IMG/VR virus record: IMGVR_UViG_3300042508_000910 | DNA from: a virus | Reading direction: 5' to 3' (one strand) | Length of the DNA stretch: 64,000 bases | In this document: in pieces, positions 20,041 to 29,593 of the stretch | Numbering within the stretch: position 1 is the stretch's first letter | Layout of the letters: every line of letters starts with the position of its first letter | The notes under the pieces: model-generated | Told to the model about the DNA's origin: nothing | The model's database searches: none | Seen by the model: the letters and a program-made list of their open reading frames with translations, nothing else | Translations under genes and position numbers: made by a program

Positions 20041-21060
20041 AAGTTATCGCTCCTGTTAAGTTAAAATAAATACCAGTATCTATTTCTAAGATAGTTAAAT
20101 ATCCAGTTTTATAATCAAAATTATAGTTAACGCCTGATCCTCCACTGCCTATTATATTATATATGCCTCCACTAGAATTTATATTTGCGACTGTATAACC
20201 TGTTGGTAATGTTACAAGATTTCCGCTATTCTGATTGTAAACAAATCCACTAATATTAACAGTAAATGGAGGATTATTATCGCCACTAATTCTTAATTTA
20301 TTATCTGGAGTTACTGTTAAAGTTTTTGAATTTATAGTTAAAATAGCTGTTCCTGTTCCATATCTAACAAAATTACTACTATAACCTGTCCAATTAATAT
20401 TAACATTGCCTACGCCAGTTATGTATCCAATAGAACCGTTAATTACTAATATGTTTGTATTTGTAGAAGCAAAATTAATACTTCCATCTATGTTCGTGTC
20501 TATATATGATAAAAGATTAATCGCCATAAGTGATAACTCCTGTAAATGTTAGATAAAATGCAGGATCAAATCCAGTCGTTTCATTTATGGTTAAGAATCC
20601 TGTTTTATAATTAAATTTATAATTAATTCCAGAACCACCACTAGCTAAAATAGGATATATACCAGAAGGAGAATTTGTATCTGCAATTGTGTAGCCAGTA
20701 GGTAGTGATATAAGATCTCCACTATTCTGGTTGTAAACAAATCCGCTAATGTTAACACTTAAAGATGGAATATTTTGTCCAGTAATTATTGTTTTATTAT
20801 CGGGAATTACTGTTAATGTTTTCTTTTCGATCGTGATAGTTTTTGCTAATCCAGTATATCCACTAGTAGTAGTTATTGAAATCCCAGACCAATTAATATT
20901 AGTTGTGCCAAGTCCTGTGATTATTCCAGTATTATTATTCATTACTATAACTGATGAATTTGTGGAAGTGTAAGTAAAATTATTTAAATTCTGTGAGCTA
21001 CTTGGAGATAGAATTATATTTGAATCTCCATATATATTAGTCTGTATATATGGACTAAAG
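19610..21060 (-). repeat. Three diverged tandem copies of a ~150-aa Ig/MBG module with an identical 21-bp gene junction
   Basis: AAAAGATTAATCGCCATAAGT at 20024-20044 and 20511-20531 (period 487 bp); ITYGD*/MAINL overlap repeated. Confidence 0.85.
20030..20527 (-). CDS. Single MBG (Ig-like) domain protein
   Basis: LTVTPDNK.RISGD.NP.FTV.ISGFV...GIYNI..SGGSG.NYNFDYKTGYLTI matches the MBG pattern. Confidence 0.7.
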   Translation of the reverse strand: MAINLLSYIDTNIDGSINFASTNTNILVINGSIGYITGVGNVNINWTGYSSNFVRYGTGTAILTINSKTLTVTPDNKLRISGDNNPPFTVNISGFVYNQNSGNLVTLPTGYTVANINSSGGIYNIIGSGGSGVNYNFDYKTGYLTILEIDTGIYFNLTGAITYGD

Positions 21061-24000
21061 TCAGCATAAGTATTTTCTCTAAATATTAAAACTTGTTCTA
21101 TAGAGTCTCCACTTTGATCTATAATGAGCACTTTAAATCCAAAAGTTTTACTTTCATTAATCCATTTTTTATAATCTTGTAGAAAGTCTTGATATTGATT
21201 CTCTCCACCTTGAGAATATATAAAGTCTGGAATAGATAGTATAGTTGGACTAAGCTTCCTTATAGAAGAAAACTCTTGAGAAGAGATAACATCAGAGCTT
21301 GTCCATGATATATTATTAGTATCATTTATCTCTTTTGCATATATTATAACCTTGCGAAGTGTTACGTTATGCTCTGGACAGAATGCTAAAACTAGATTTA
21401 AAGTTTCATTTTGATTTACTGGCCTTGTATATGAAAATTCATATGGAGTAGAGTTATAGTCTACGGCTTTATAATTCCAGATTAAAGATCCTAAAACTTT
21501 ATTTTGACACTCATATATTTTACCATAAGGATAATTAGATGAAGTTTGTTTAGCGTCATATTTACTTAATATATAGAATTGTTTATTTTGAGCTCTGTCC
21601 TCTACAATACTAGCTAGATCTGCACAGCATCCTTTTAAGCAATCCGTTGAATTATCAATAATGACATAAGGACAAGATTTAACTAAACTAAATCTATTCT
21701 GAATTGGATCTGTTGCCAATAAATAAAAATCACCAAAGAATGGAACATCTTGAGCATCTTGCACGATTTTAAATCTAGTTGGATATATTAAGAAAGATAT
21801 CATCTTTTTAGAATCTATAATATTTTTTGCGTCTATTTTTGTTCCAAATAGAATAGGATCATCATTAATACCGCAAGAAGAAACAAATTTGGCGACAAAA
21901 TAATGATAATTGACACCATTAATTTTCTTTATTCCTTTTTCTAGTATAGAGTCTGTACCAGATATACCCTGAATAATGAAATCTTCTGCATCAGGTATAT
22001 CTAATATAAATTCTATAATAGAATAAGCATCATCTTTTTGTATGCCAACGCTTAGAACCTCTACAGAATATATATTTTTTGCAGAAAAATACTTTAGATC
22101 ATCTCTAATAGCTTTAAAATCAACAACCTCTGGTGATTCTTGATCTCCTATATTTCCTGGATCATAAACTCCAAGATAACTATTAGTGCCATTTATTCCG
22201 CTTGATGGAACATCTTCTGGATCTAATCCTCCTGCGACATTAGAAGAATTATATTTATAACTATCTAAGCATCTATATGTAGTCTTATATTTGATTTCAT
22301 TAGGGAAAGAGTTATCTATTCTAGCTTGTGCAAGAGGAAAATAATTTAAGAATTCTGGACCAGATGCGACTCCATCCTTCTCAAAATCAAGCATTCTTGC
22401 ACCATATCCATTAAAATTTTCATTTCTGTAATCTTCGTTTGGCCAAGATATATAAGGATAACTTTCTGGAGTAAAGAAATAAACTAGACCTTGATAACTT
22501 GCGGCTATTGTAGAAGTATAGTTAGAATTATCTTTAATGAACTTATTTAAGTATATATATTTATCAATTAAATCTGTATTTTGTATATAGTTTAGCATCG
22601 CTTGGAGACTATTATTAGTAAGAGCTAAATAATTATTTAAAGCTGAAGCCTGTAAAGAGTTTAGATAATATAATTTGACTGAAAAGATATTATCATTAAC
22701 TAGTGGGCTTTCTGGGCTAAGATATGTTGTAAGTCTATAATTTGATTCATATTGACCATCTAATATTTCAATTTTATAATTTTTATTATTTAGGAATAAG
22801 GACGGATCTTCTTTTAGATTTCTTATAAATATAAATTCATCAAAAAACTCTTGTCTATCTTGATCGTTTATGTTCTCATTATATTTGACAGGTAAAATAA
22901 TTATTGAATCTATGCCAACATCATTAGGATATATATCTTTTATATCAAAAATAATTTTATTATTATCTTCCCTTCTATAATTTTTAAATGTTTTTAGAAC
23001 ATCTGATCTGGATATATCATTATGATTAACTTGTAGTATTTTATATCCTTTTGAATTTGAATATCTATCGTTAAAATATGTAGATGTTGATCCAGAGGTT
23101 GTTGTATCTGTTGCAATGTTTCCACCTGCAGAAGAGAATCCTTCATCGTCAACTGCTTCTATTGTAACGTAATAATTATTATAATGACCAGGTTGAGCTA
23201 TCTTAACGTATAAATTTTCTCTATCACCTGTAGTTCCAAATATTCCAGTATCATTTACAGATGGATTATAAACCATAGCGTTTTGCTCTGTTGTGCCTCT
23301 AACAAAAGATTCATTCTTGCTTAAGAATCCTTGGTAATTATGAATATAATCAAAAATAAAATATCTATTAAAATCACTAAAAAGATTTCCTTGTATCACA
23401 TCTCCAGTATTTAATGGAAGAATAGGAGCATTAATCTCAGTGGCAAATGCACTTTTCTCTGGTGCAACAGCCAAAGATTCTAAAGCATAGATATCATTTA
23501 AATTAGATTTTAGTAAAGAGTTGTCTATTAAAATTCCGCTCGAATAATTTCCAGTCGTATTGAATGGAAGAACGCGATTATACATATTAACAGTTTTATT
23601 TTTAAAATACCTAGAAAAATCATATTGTGTAAAATTAGGATTATATGCTTGGACTTCTGGAGTAGTTGGTGAAGAGAAAGATATTTGCCATCCTAAATAA
23701 CAATAATCTGAAAAAGTCGTAATTTTATCTTGATTTAGAGTACTTATCATTCCACCAGATATATTTCCATCTTCATATGTATAAACATCTGTGAAGTAGT
23801 TTAGGTTTTTAAAACTAACTTCTTTGATAAATTTTTGATTTGGCATATATCCAGAGAATAATGTTCCTGTAGACTCCATGCCAAAAATATTTTTAGAGAA
23901 AACTGTTACATAATTTAATCCTGTATTTTCAGGTATATAGAAAAAGTATTTTTCATCTGTAGAGTATGGTATTTCTTGTACTAGATAATTATTATTATTA

Positions 24001-24164
24001 CTATTTGGTTTTGTGTTATAGTAAGTATCTGTTACGTATATTCTATAAGATTCTATATTTTCAATATTTTCTATTGGTTTAAAATAGAATTTAAATCCTT
24101 TACTATTTTGTGTTATGTTAATAACTTCAACTGTTACATTAGGGATTCCTGTTGGACCATTCAT
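20517..24164 (-). CDS. Tail-tip protein: N-terminal FN3-like domain, C-terminal MBG domain (probable detached distal part of gpJ)
   Basis: Starts GPTGIPNVTV...SYRIY...YVTVFSKN.FG.ES (FN3-like) 1 nt after the gpJ stop. Confidence 0.5.
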   Translation of the reverse strand: MNGPTGIPNVTVEVINITQNSKGFKFYFKPIENIENIESYRIYVTDTYYNTKPNSNNNNYLVQEIPYSTDEKYFFYIPENTGLNYVTVFSKNIFGMESTGTLFSGYMPNQKFIKEVSFKNLNYFTDVYTYEDGNISGGMISTLNQDKITTFSDYCYLGWQISFSSPTTPEVQAYNPNFTQYDFSRYFKNKTVNMYNRVLPFNTTGNYSSGILIDNSLLKSNLNDIYALESLAVAPEKSAFATEINAPILPLNTGDVIQGNLFSDFNRYFIFDYIHNYQGFLSKNESFVRGTTEQNAMVYNPSVNDTGIFGTTGDRENLYVKIAQPGHYNNYYVTIEAVDDEGFSSAGGNIATDTTTSGSTSTYFNDRYSNSKGYKILQVNHNDISRSDVLKTFKNYRREDNNKIIFDIKDIYPNDVGIDSIIILPVKYNENINDQDRQEFFDEFIFIRNLKEDPSLFLNNKNYKIEILDGQYESNYRLTTYLSPESPLVNDNIFSVKLYYLNSLQASALNNYLALTNNSLQAMLNYIQNTDLIDKYIYLNKFIKDNSNYTSTIAASYQGLVYFFTPESYPYISWPNEDYRNENFNGYGARMLDFEKDGVASGPEFLNYFPLAQARIDNSFPNEIKYKTTYRCLDSYKYNSSNVAGGLDPEDVPSSGINGTNSYLGVYDPGNIGDQESPEVVDFKAIRDDLKYFSAKNIYSVEVLSVGIQKDDAYSIIEFILDIPDAEDFIIQGISGTDSILEKGIKKINGVNYHYFVAKFVSSCGINDDPILFGTKIDAKNIIDSKKMISFLIYPTRFKIVQDAQDVPFFGDFYLLATDPIQNRFSLVKSCPYVIIDNSTDCLKGCCADLASIVEDRAQNKQFYILSKYDAKQTSSNYPYGKIYECQNKVLGSLIWNYKAVDYNSTPYEFSYTRPVNQNETLNLVLAFCPEHNVTLRKVIIYAKEINDTNNISWTSSDVISSQEFSSIRKLSPTILSIPDFIYSQGGENQYQDFLQDYKKWINESKTFGFKVLIIDQSGDSIEQVLIFRENTYADFSPYIQTNIYGDSNIILSPSSSQNLNNFTYTSTNSSVIVMNNNTGIITGLGTTNINWSGISITTTSGYTGLAKTITIEKKTLTVIPDNKTIITGQNIPSLSVNISGFVYNQNSGDLISLPTGYTIADTNSPSGIYPILASGGSGINYKFNYKTGFLTINETTGFDPAFYLTFTGVITYGD

Positions 24165-24165
24165 A

Positions 24166-27100
24166 TTATATATCGTCTCCTAATGCATATTTTGTCTCAT
24201 CATATTGAAGCGCGGTAACTTTGTATCTATTCTCTTCTTGCTCTTCTATATCTAAGATTCTAAATTTTTGAGTTTTATCTAAATAAGGCTCTAGATAAGC
24301 TCCAGGATATAATCCTGTATTACTAAATCCAGATACGCTTGGACTTTTACTAAAATCATAAAAATTAGGATCAACTTCTATTGTCCAAACTGTATTTTGT
24401 AATAAAGTATGCTCAACATTATCTAATTCAGATGTTCCAAAATTAATCCTTGTAAAGCCATTAAAATTCGTCCCAGTCTCTAGAGATATTGCATCAGCAA
24501 AAATAGATTGAGTACCATTTTCTAATGTTGTATTATTATATTCTATAGTTTGAACTTGTTTTCTTCTTATTAAGGATGTACTAATTCCAGAAGATATTGC
24601 ATTAATATTTCCATCTTTATATGGAATAATATTATTTCCAGTGTAAGTCATCGCTTCATTTCCAGCTTCTGTACCGATCTCGATATTACCTGCTGGAGTT
24701 AATATATTAAATTTGCAACCTTGAATAGCTGGTAAAAATCCAGAGATATCTTCGTATTTTACGTCAAGTATTGCTGAGTTCTTGTCTAAACTAAATGTTC
24801 TCCCTCCTAATACCTTATTTTGTCTATTCTGATCTTGTACTAATATTATATCTCCTGGTTTTAAATACAAAGCTGGTAGACTTGTTTCAAAATTTACCAA
24901 CTCTGATTCAAAATTTTCTGATAATAATGTCCATTTACCGAGTCTTTCTGCTTGACCTTCGCTTGTGCATCCAAAAGCGCTAACTTCTATTTCTCTAATA
25001 CCAAATTTAATTAAGCCATCTCTATTTTCTACATATTTAACCGCTGGTTTATAAAAATTTTCTTTATCATTATATCTAACTAATGCAACATTTCTTCTTA
25101 CTCTTTTACTTGTATTACTATATGTAAATTCTCCATCTTTGACGTTAGAATTATTAAATAAATATATAGACTCTTTTGGTCTATCTTGAGAAGTCATAAT
25201 TAATCCCGCACTATAATAGACTATAGCTCTAAAGACACTCGCCATATCATTCATTACTTTATAAGCATCTTCTCTTGTACTAATTAAAACATTACATGTG
25301 AATCTTGGTTCAAGACCACCTCTACCATCGCTAACAAGCTCATCACAATATTTACTAATTTCATAAAGTGTCCATTTATCTGTAAATTGTGGATCAATAT
25401 ATTTTCCAAGTCCATATCTTTTATTCGTAATTATATCATAAAAGCACCAAGCTGGGTTATCTGTCCAAGCTAGTTTAAATGTACCATCCCAAATAGGAGG
25501 ATCATATGTTTTACTAAATGGATTATAATTAGTTGGAACTTTTACCTTTAGTAATCTTGTATCATAGGCTCTTTGTGGAATACTTTGGAAAAATCTTGCA
25601 TCAAAAGTTGTCATTACTCCTGCTGTATGAGGAAGAACAAGAAAATCATTATATATTTCTGTAATAGAGTCTATAGCGGATTTTAATAATATATTTGCAT
25701 CAACACTCTCTGTATAAGTTGGTTCTATTTCTATTTCCCATCCAATTGTATTGTCATTTGTCTCTTTGTCTAATCCTGTCCACTCAAATGTTTCAATATA
25801 TGGTCCAGCATTTAACTTACCAGTCATTATTAATGTAGAATATTCTTCTGGAAGATTTAAATCAGGTTTAATAGGAGTGATAACGAGTCCACCTGAATCT
25901 ACCCCACGATCTACTCTTTTTAGATATAATTTAAATGTCATACTCTGTCTATCAATTCTACCACCTACGCTATTCTCAGCTGCTTGATCTGATGTGTCCC
26001 AAATAGTTAAATCTACAATTTGTTTAAATAAACTCAAAGCTTTTATATGCAATTTTAATCCATAAAGATCTTTAGTAAGAATAGTTATTGATTTTTTATA
26101 AGTTTTCTCTGAACCATCTTGGAATTTTCTTTTTCCAAATAGTTTTGAACCAACTGTTTTGGTACTAGTTAATCTCTTAGGTAATTTAATTTGTTCTGCT
26201 ATTACTGTACCATTCTCATCTCTAGCCTTTAAATAATTAACATAAATACCATTTTGTATTTGTCTAGAATAATACTCTTCTTCAAGACTAATATTTTTCA
26301 ATTCATCTATATTTGTATGTCTTGGTGCAGAATCTCCATTATCAAATTTTAATCTTATAAACTCAAAATTTAAACTTCCATTATTTGGATATGTATTGTC
26401 TGCTAATGGAATTTCATTCCAATATACAGATCTAATAAGAGAGGAATTCCCTGGATATCTTTTAATAGTAACGCCATTTTTATATCCAATATCTCCTTTT
26501 TGAAAACCAGGGTTTGGTATAATTTCATAATCAACAATACCTTCAATCGGTCCTTCGCCTAAAACATCAAGAATTGATATATTTGTTAAAGATGTTATTC
26601 CTATATCTTTTGATTCAAGAAGGCTATTTCTATATTGATAACCATAATTAATTATGGTTGAAGTTGCAGCAGCTTGACTAACAAGAGTAGTACAATTTGC
26701 TGGGATAGAAGATGAAGTTAAAGTAACGTTCTCTGAATAATTATATGCACGTTTTGTTTGCCATCCTCTTGAAGTATAAATTCGACACCCACCTTTTCTG
26801 CTGCATTCTACAGTTCCTATCTTTATTCCAGGTCCACGGCCATTATGAACAAATATATTTTCAGCGATATAAGTATGATATTTGTCTACTTCTAAATTGT
26901 AAACAACATCCATGCCAATATATTTTTTACTTTTAATCTGTAGCTTTTTCTTATCGAAAGATGTTAAATTCTCACCCACTTCAATATCGTTTAGGAATTT
27001 AAATTCTCCATTTACTAGGAATTGATGACTTAATGTAGATTTGATAATTGTACCATCTTCTAATTCTATTTGATATATAGGTTGAGGTTCCTTATTATGA

Positions 27101-29592
27101 TCTATAAAATCTATAACTTTTGAAATATGAATATCCTCATTTTCATCAAAAGCTAAAACTTCATCATCTACTTTAATTTTTTCAATTTCGATGTCGCCTT
27201 TTGGAGTTTTTACTTTTGTTCCTTTTGCAAAACATGTTCCTTTGAAGACGCAAGAATAAACGTCTCCAGCTCTTGGGGCAAGAGTTACTCCAATATACAT
27301 TGTAAATCTTGTAAAGATATAATTAAACGCACAACTATCTGTAAATCTTACATAATAAGTATATGTTCCATTTGCATTTGGAATTCCATTTGGGTAAGCT
27401 AAAAGCTTGCTTTTAGGTAATCTTTGGTTTGCAAATTCAGAAGTTGTGTCAAAACTAGGGCCAGAATCAAATACCACTTGATGCTCTACTGTTGATGGAC
27501 TCATAGATATAATTGGAACATTTTGAGCTGGATCAGCACTTATACCAGTTTTAGTATTACCGCCAGACGTTACATCTATATTCTGTGAATAAGGTTTTGA
27601 AACTGGTCCATTTGTACTATCTGGTGGATAACAAGCGTTACCTATACCATCTACAAGCCCAGCAGATGCAAAATCAACATCGTATGTGCCATTAATGTCT
27701 ATTGTACCAATTATATTTCTAAATTCACGAGCAGGATTACGTATATTTTCTACTGATATCCAAAGACACGTTTCTGCATCTTTACTATTACCAGGAATAA
27801 AAGTTAAAAAATTAGCATTCGTTGAGTCATAGTTGATTTGCAATCCTTCTAATTGAATCCCGTCAGGATATCCATCCTTACGGATTTTGTCAAATTCATT
27901 CTTGTTAATTTTCTTATATTTAATAAAATCGCCTAAATTTGGAGAAAATATAGATGTTCGACTACTAATTAAAGATTTTATAATAAATTTATTATTTTTT
28001 ATAATATCAAAGTTTCCTTGAGGTAAATTAATTGTAGAAGGAAAAGAAGCTCCTTCATTTGGATTTCTTTCAATATAATCTGTAAAATTAAAAGTTAAAG
28101 TTACTTTTGATGTTGTTCCTCTATCATTAGAAGCGCTTGCATATGCGTAAAAAATTCCAGCATGTTTAACTGTTCCTGATATTACATTTTTTGTAGCGTT
28201 ATAAGAAAGTCCATCAGGTAAAGAAGATATTGCTATGATCCTTTGTTTTCCATTTAATCCGCGTATTGAATTGCTGAATTTATCTCCAACTGAACCACCA
28301 TAAGTAAATGCAGAAATAGTTGGTAATGGGCCAGTAGTTGCTTGTTTCCCAACTATAGCACTTAGATTAAATTCTTTCTGGTTTCCAGAATCAAAATCTG
28401 GGCCACGAATAGTAAATAATAGATTTTGTATTTCTATCTGATCTTTAATACTATTAGAAACTGTACCAGATATAGTTTTTGTTTGATGATTAAAAGATAA
28501 ATTTAAATATTGAAGTAAATCTTTTGTTTTTGGTGGTACGTAAACACTAAATTGACTTGAAGATATTAAATTCGTTGTTATAGTATAACTAATAGACTGC
28601 CCTTTAAATAAACTTATTGTTGGCGCACTAGTAACATACATTGGATCTTGAATATCACTACTTTGACATTTTATAGTAATACTTCTTGTTGATTTAAATG
28701 TTTCTGTTTCATAAACTGGTTTGTTTCTTGTACCTACATTGACTACTTTGCTACCACGTACATGAGTAGTAATATAACCTGTATCATACCCAACGATATT
28801 AATCTTATTTTTTATGAAATTTTTATTTTTTGTGATATTATATGTATATAATTGTGCAAATCCACTAGTAGTTACCGATCTTGTTGCATAAGTAAATCTA
28901 AATAAATCTCCACTAACATAATTAACTGTTCCATAAGTTTTTAATCCAAGATTACTTCCGCTTGAAAAAATAACATAAATTCTGTCTCCTACAATTAAAC
29001 CATGGTTACTATAAGTCACGCTAACTTCATTACCATTTTGAGAATAACTAACATCATATACATCAGAAAATCTAATAGGATCATTTGAATTCGTTTCTGC
29101 AATAGAACTGAAACCATTAAATGTAAAATAAGATGGTAATGTATCTGTTTGAAATTGTGTTATAAATGGTTCATTTTTTATCGCCGATAAAACCGTTGCA
29201 TTTGATACGGTTTTATTTATAAAATTTTGATAAGCCGCAGTTATTGATGCTGGAGTTATACCAACTCCTGGGCTTCCATACATAATTAACCCATCTGTTA
29301 AACTCCAAACGAACCAAAATCCTCGACTATTATCAATTCCATTAATTTTTATCGCATTATTTTGAGACACTGGCCAAGACCTTAATGAACCAGGAGAAAA
29401 TATTGGATTATAAGCATCAAGCATGTCATCAACATTTGCGAGCATATCTGTGGTAGGCTCATTATTAGCATCATATGGTTGTCCAATATCGTTATAATTA
29501 TTAAAATTATCAAAAGATACTCCATTTTCTCCGCGATATGCAAGTCCTTCAATATATTTATTTGGATCGCAATCTTTACATTTTTTAGCCAT
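24166..29592 (-). CDS. Tip attachment / host specificity protein J (lambda gpJ-like) with N-terminal Ig extension and Hint domain
   Basis: GEGPIEGI, KVKVPTNYNP...WDGTFKLAWTDNPAWCFYD...RYGLG, YCDELVSDG.GG.EPRFTCN, GCTSEGQA.RLGKW.L, LKPGDII.VQD. Confidence 0.92.
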   Translation of the reverse strand: MAKKCKDCDPNKYIEGLAYRGENGVSFDNFNNYNDIGQPYDANNEPTTDMLANVDDMLDAYNPIFSPGSLRSWPVSQNNAIKINGIDNSRGFWFVWSLTDGLIMYGSPGVGITPASITAAYQNFINKTVSNATVLSAIKNEPFITQFQTDTLPSYFTFNGFSSIAETNSNDPIRFSDVYDVSYSQNGNEVSVTYSNHGLIVGDRIYVIFSSGSNLGLKTYGTVNYVSGDLFRFTYATRSVTTSGFAQLYTYNITKNKNFIKNKINIVGYDTGYITTHVRGSKVVNVGTRNKPVYETETFKSTRSITIKCQSSDIQDPMYVTSAPTISLFKGQSISYTITTNLISSSQFSVYVPPKTKDLLQYLNLSFNHQTKTISGTVSNSIKDQIEIQNLLFTIRGPDFDSGNQKEFNLSAIVGKQATTGPLPTISAFTYGGSVGDKFSNSIRGLNGKQRIIAISSLPDGLSYNATKNVISGTVKHAGIFYAYASASNDRGTTSKVTLTFNFTDYIERNPNEGASFPSTINLPQGNFDIIKNNKFIIKSLISSRTSIFSPNLGDFIKYKKINKNEFDKIRKDGYPDGIQLEGLQINYDSTNANFLTFIPGNSKDAETCLWISVENIRNPAREFRNIIGTIDINGTYDVDFASAGLVDGIGNACYPPDSTNGPVSKPYSQNIDVTSGGNTKTGISADPAQNVPIISMSPSTVEHQVVFDSGPSFDTTSEFANQRLPKSKLLAYPNGIPNANGTYTYYVRFTDSCAFNYIFTRFTMYIGVTLAPRAGDVYSCVFKGTCFAKGTKVKTPKGDIEIEKIKVDDEVLAFDENEDIHISKVIDFIDHNKEPQPIYQIELEDGTIIKSTLSHQFLVNGEFKFLNDIEVGENLTSFDKKKLQIKSKKYIGMDVVYNLEVDKYHTYIAENIFVHNGRGPGIKIGTVECSRKGGCRIYTSRGWQTKRAYNYSENVTLTSSSIPANCTTLVSQAAATSTIINYGYQYRNSLLESKDIGITSLTNISILDVLGEGPIEGIVDYEIIPNPGFQKGDIGYKNGVTIKRYPGNSSLIRSVYWNEIPLADNTYPNNGSLNFEFIRLKFDNGDSAPRHTNIDELKNISLEEEYYSRQIQNGIYVNYLKARDENGTVIAEQIKLPKRLTSTKTVGSKLFGKRKFQDGSEKTYKKSITILTKDLYGLKLHIKALSLFKQIVDLTIWDTSDQAAENSVGGRIDRQSMTFKLYLKRVDRGVDSGGLVITPIKPDLNLPEEYSTLIMTGKLNAGPYIETFEWTGLDKETNDNTIGWEIEIEPTYTESVDANILLKSAIDSITEIYNDFLVLPHTAGVMTTFDARFFQSIPQRAYDTRLLKVKVPTNYNPFSKTYDPPIWDGTFKLAWTDNPAWCFYDIITNKRYGLGKYIDPQFTDKWTLYEISKYCDELVSDGRGGLEPRFTCNVLISTREDAYKVMNDMASVFRAIVYYSAGLIMTSQDRPKESIYLFNNSNVKDGEFTYSNTSKRVRRNVALVRYNDKENFYKPAVKYVENRDGLIKFGIREIEVSAFGCTSEGQAERLGKWTLLSENFESELVNFETSLPALYLKPGDIILVQDQNRQNKVLGGRTFSLDKNSAILDVKYEDISGFLPAIQGCKFNILTPAGNIEIGTEAGNEAMTYTGNNIIPYKDGNINAISSGISTSLIRRKQVQTIEYNNTTLENGTQSIFADAISLETGTNFNGFTRINFGTSELDNVEHTLLQNTVWTIEVDPNFYDFSKSPSVSGFSNTGLYPGAYLEPYLDKTQKFRILDIEEQEENRYKVTALQYDETKYALGDDI
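26842..27234 (-). other. Hint (intein-like, A-type BIL-like) domain in gpJ, 131 aa
   Basis: CFAKGTKV (Cys1) ... STLSHQF (TxxH) ... VYNLEV..YHTYIA..IFVHN followed by Gly; no endonuclease. Confidence 0.92.
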
Positions 29593-29593
29593 A

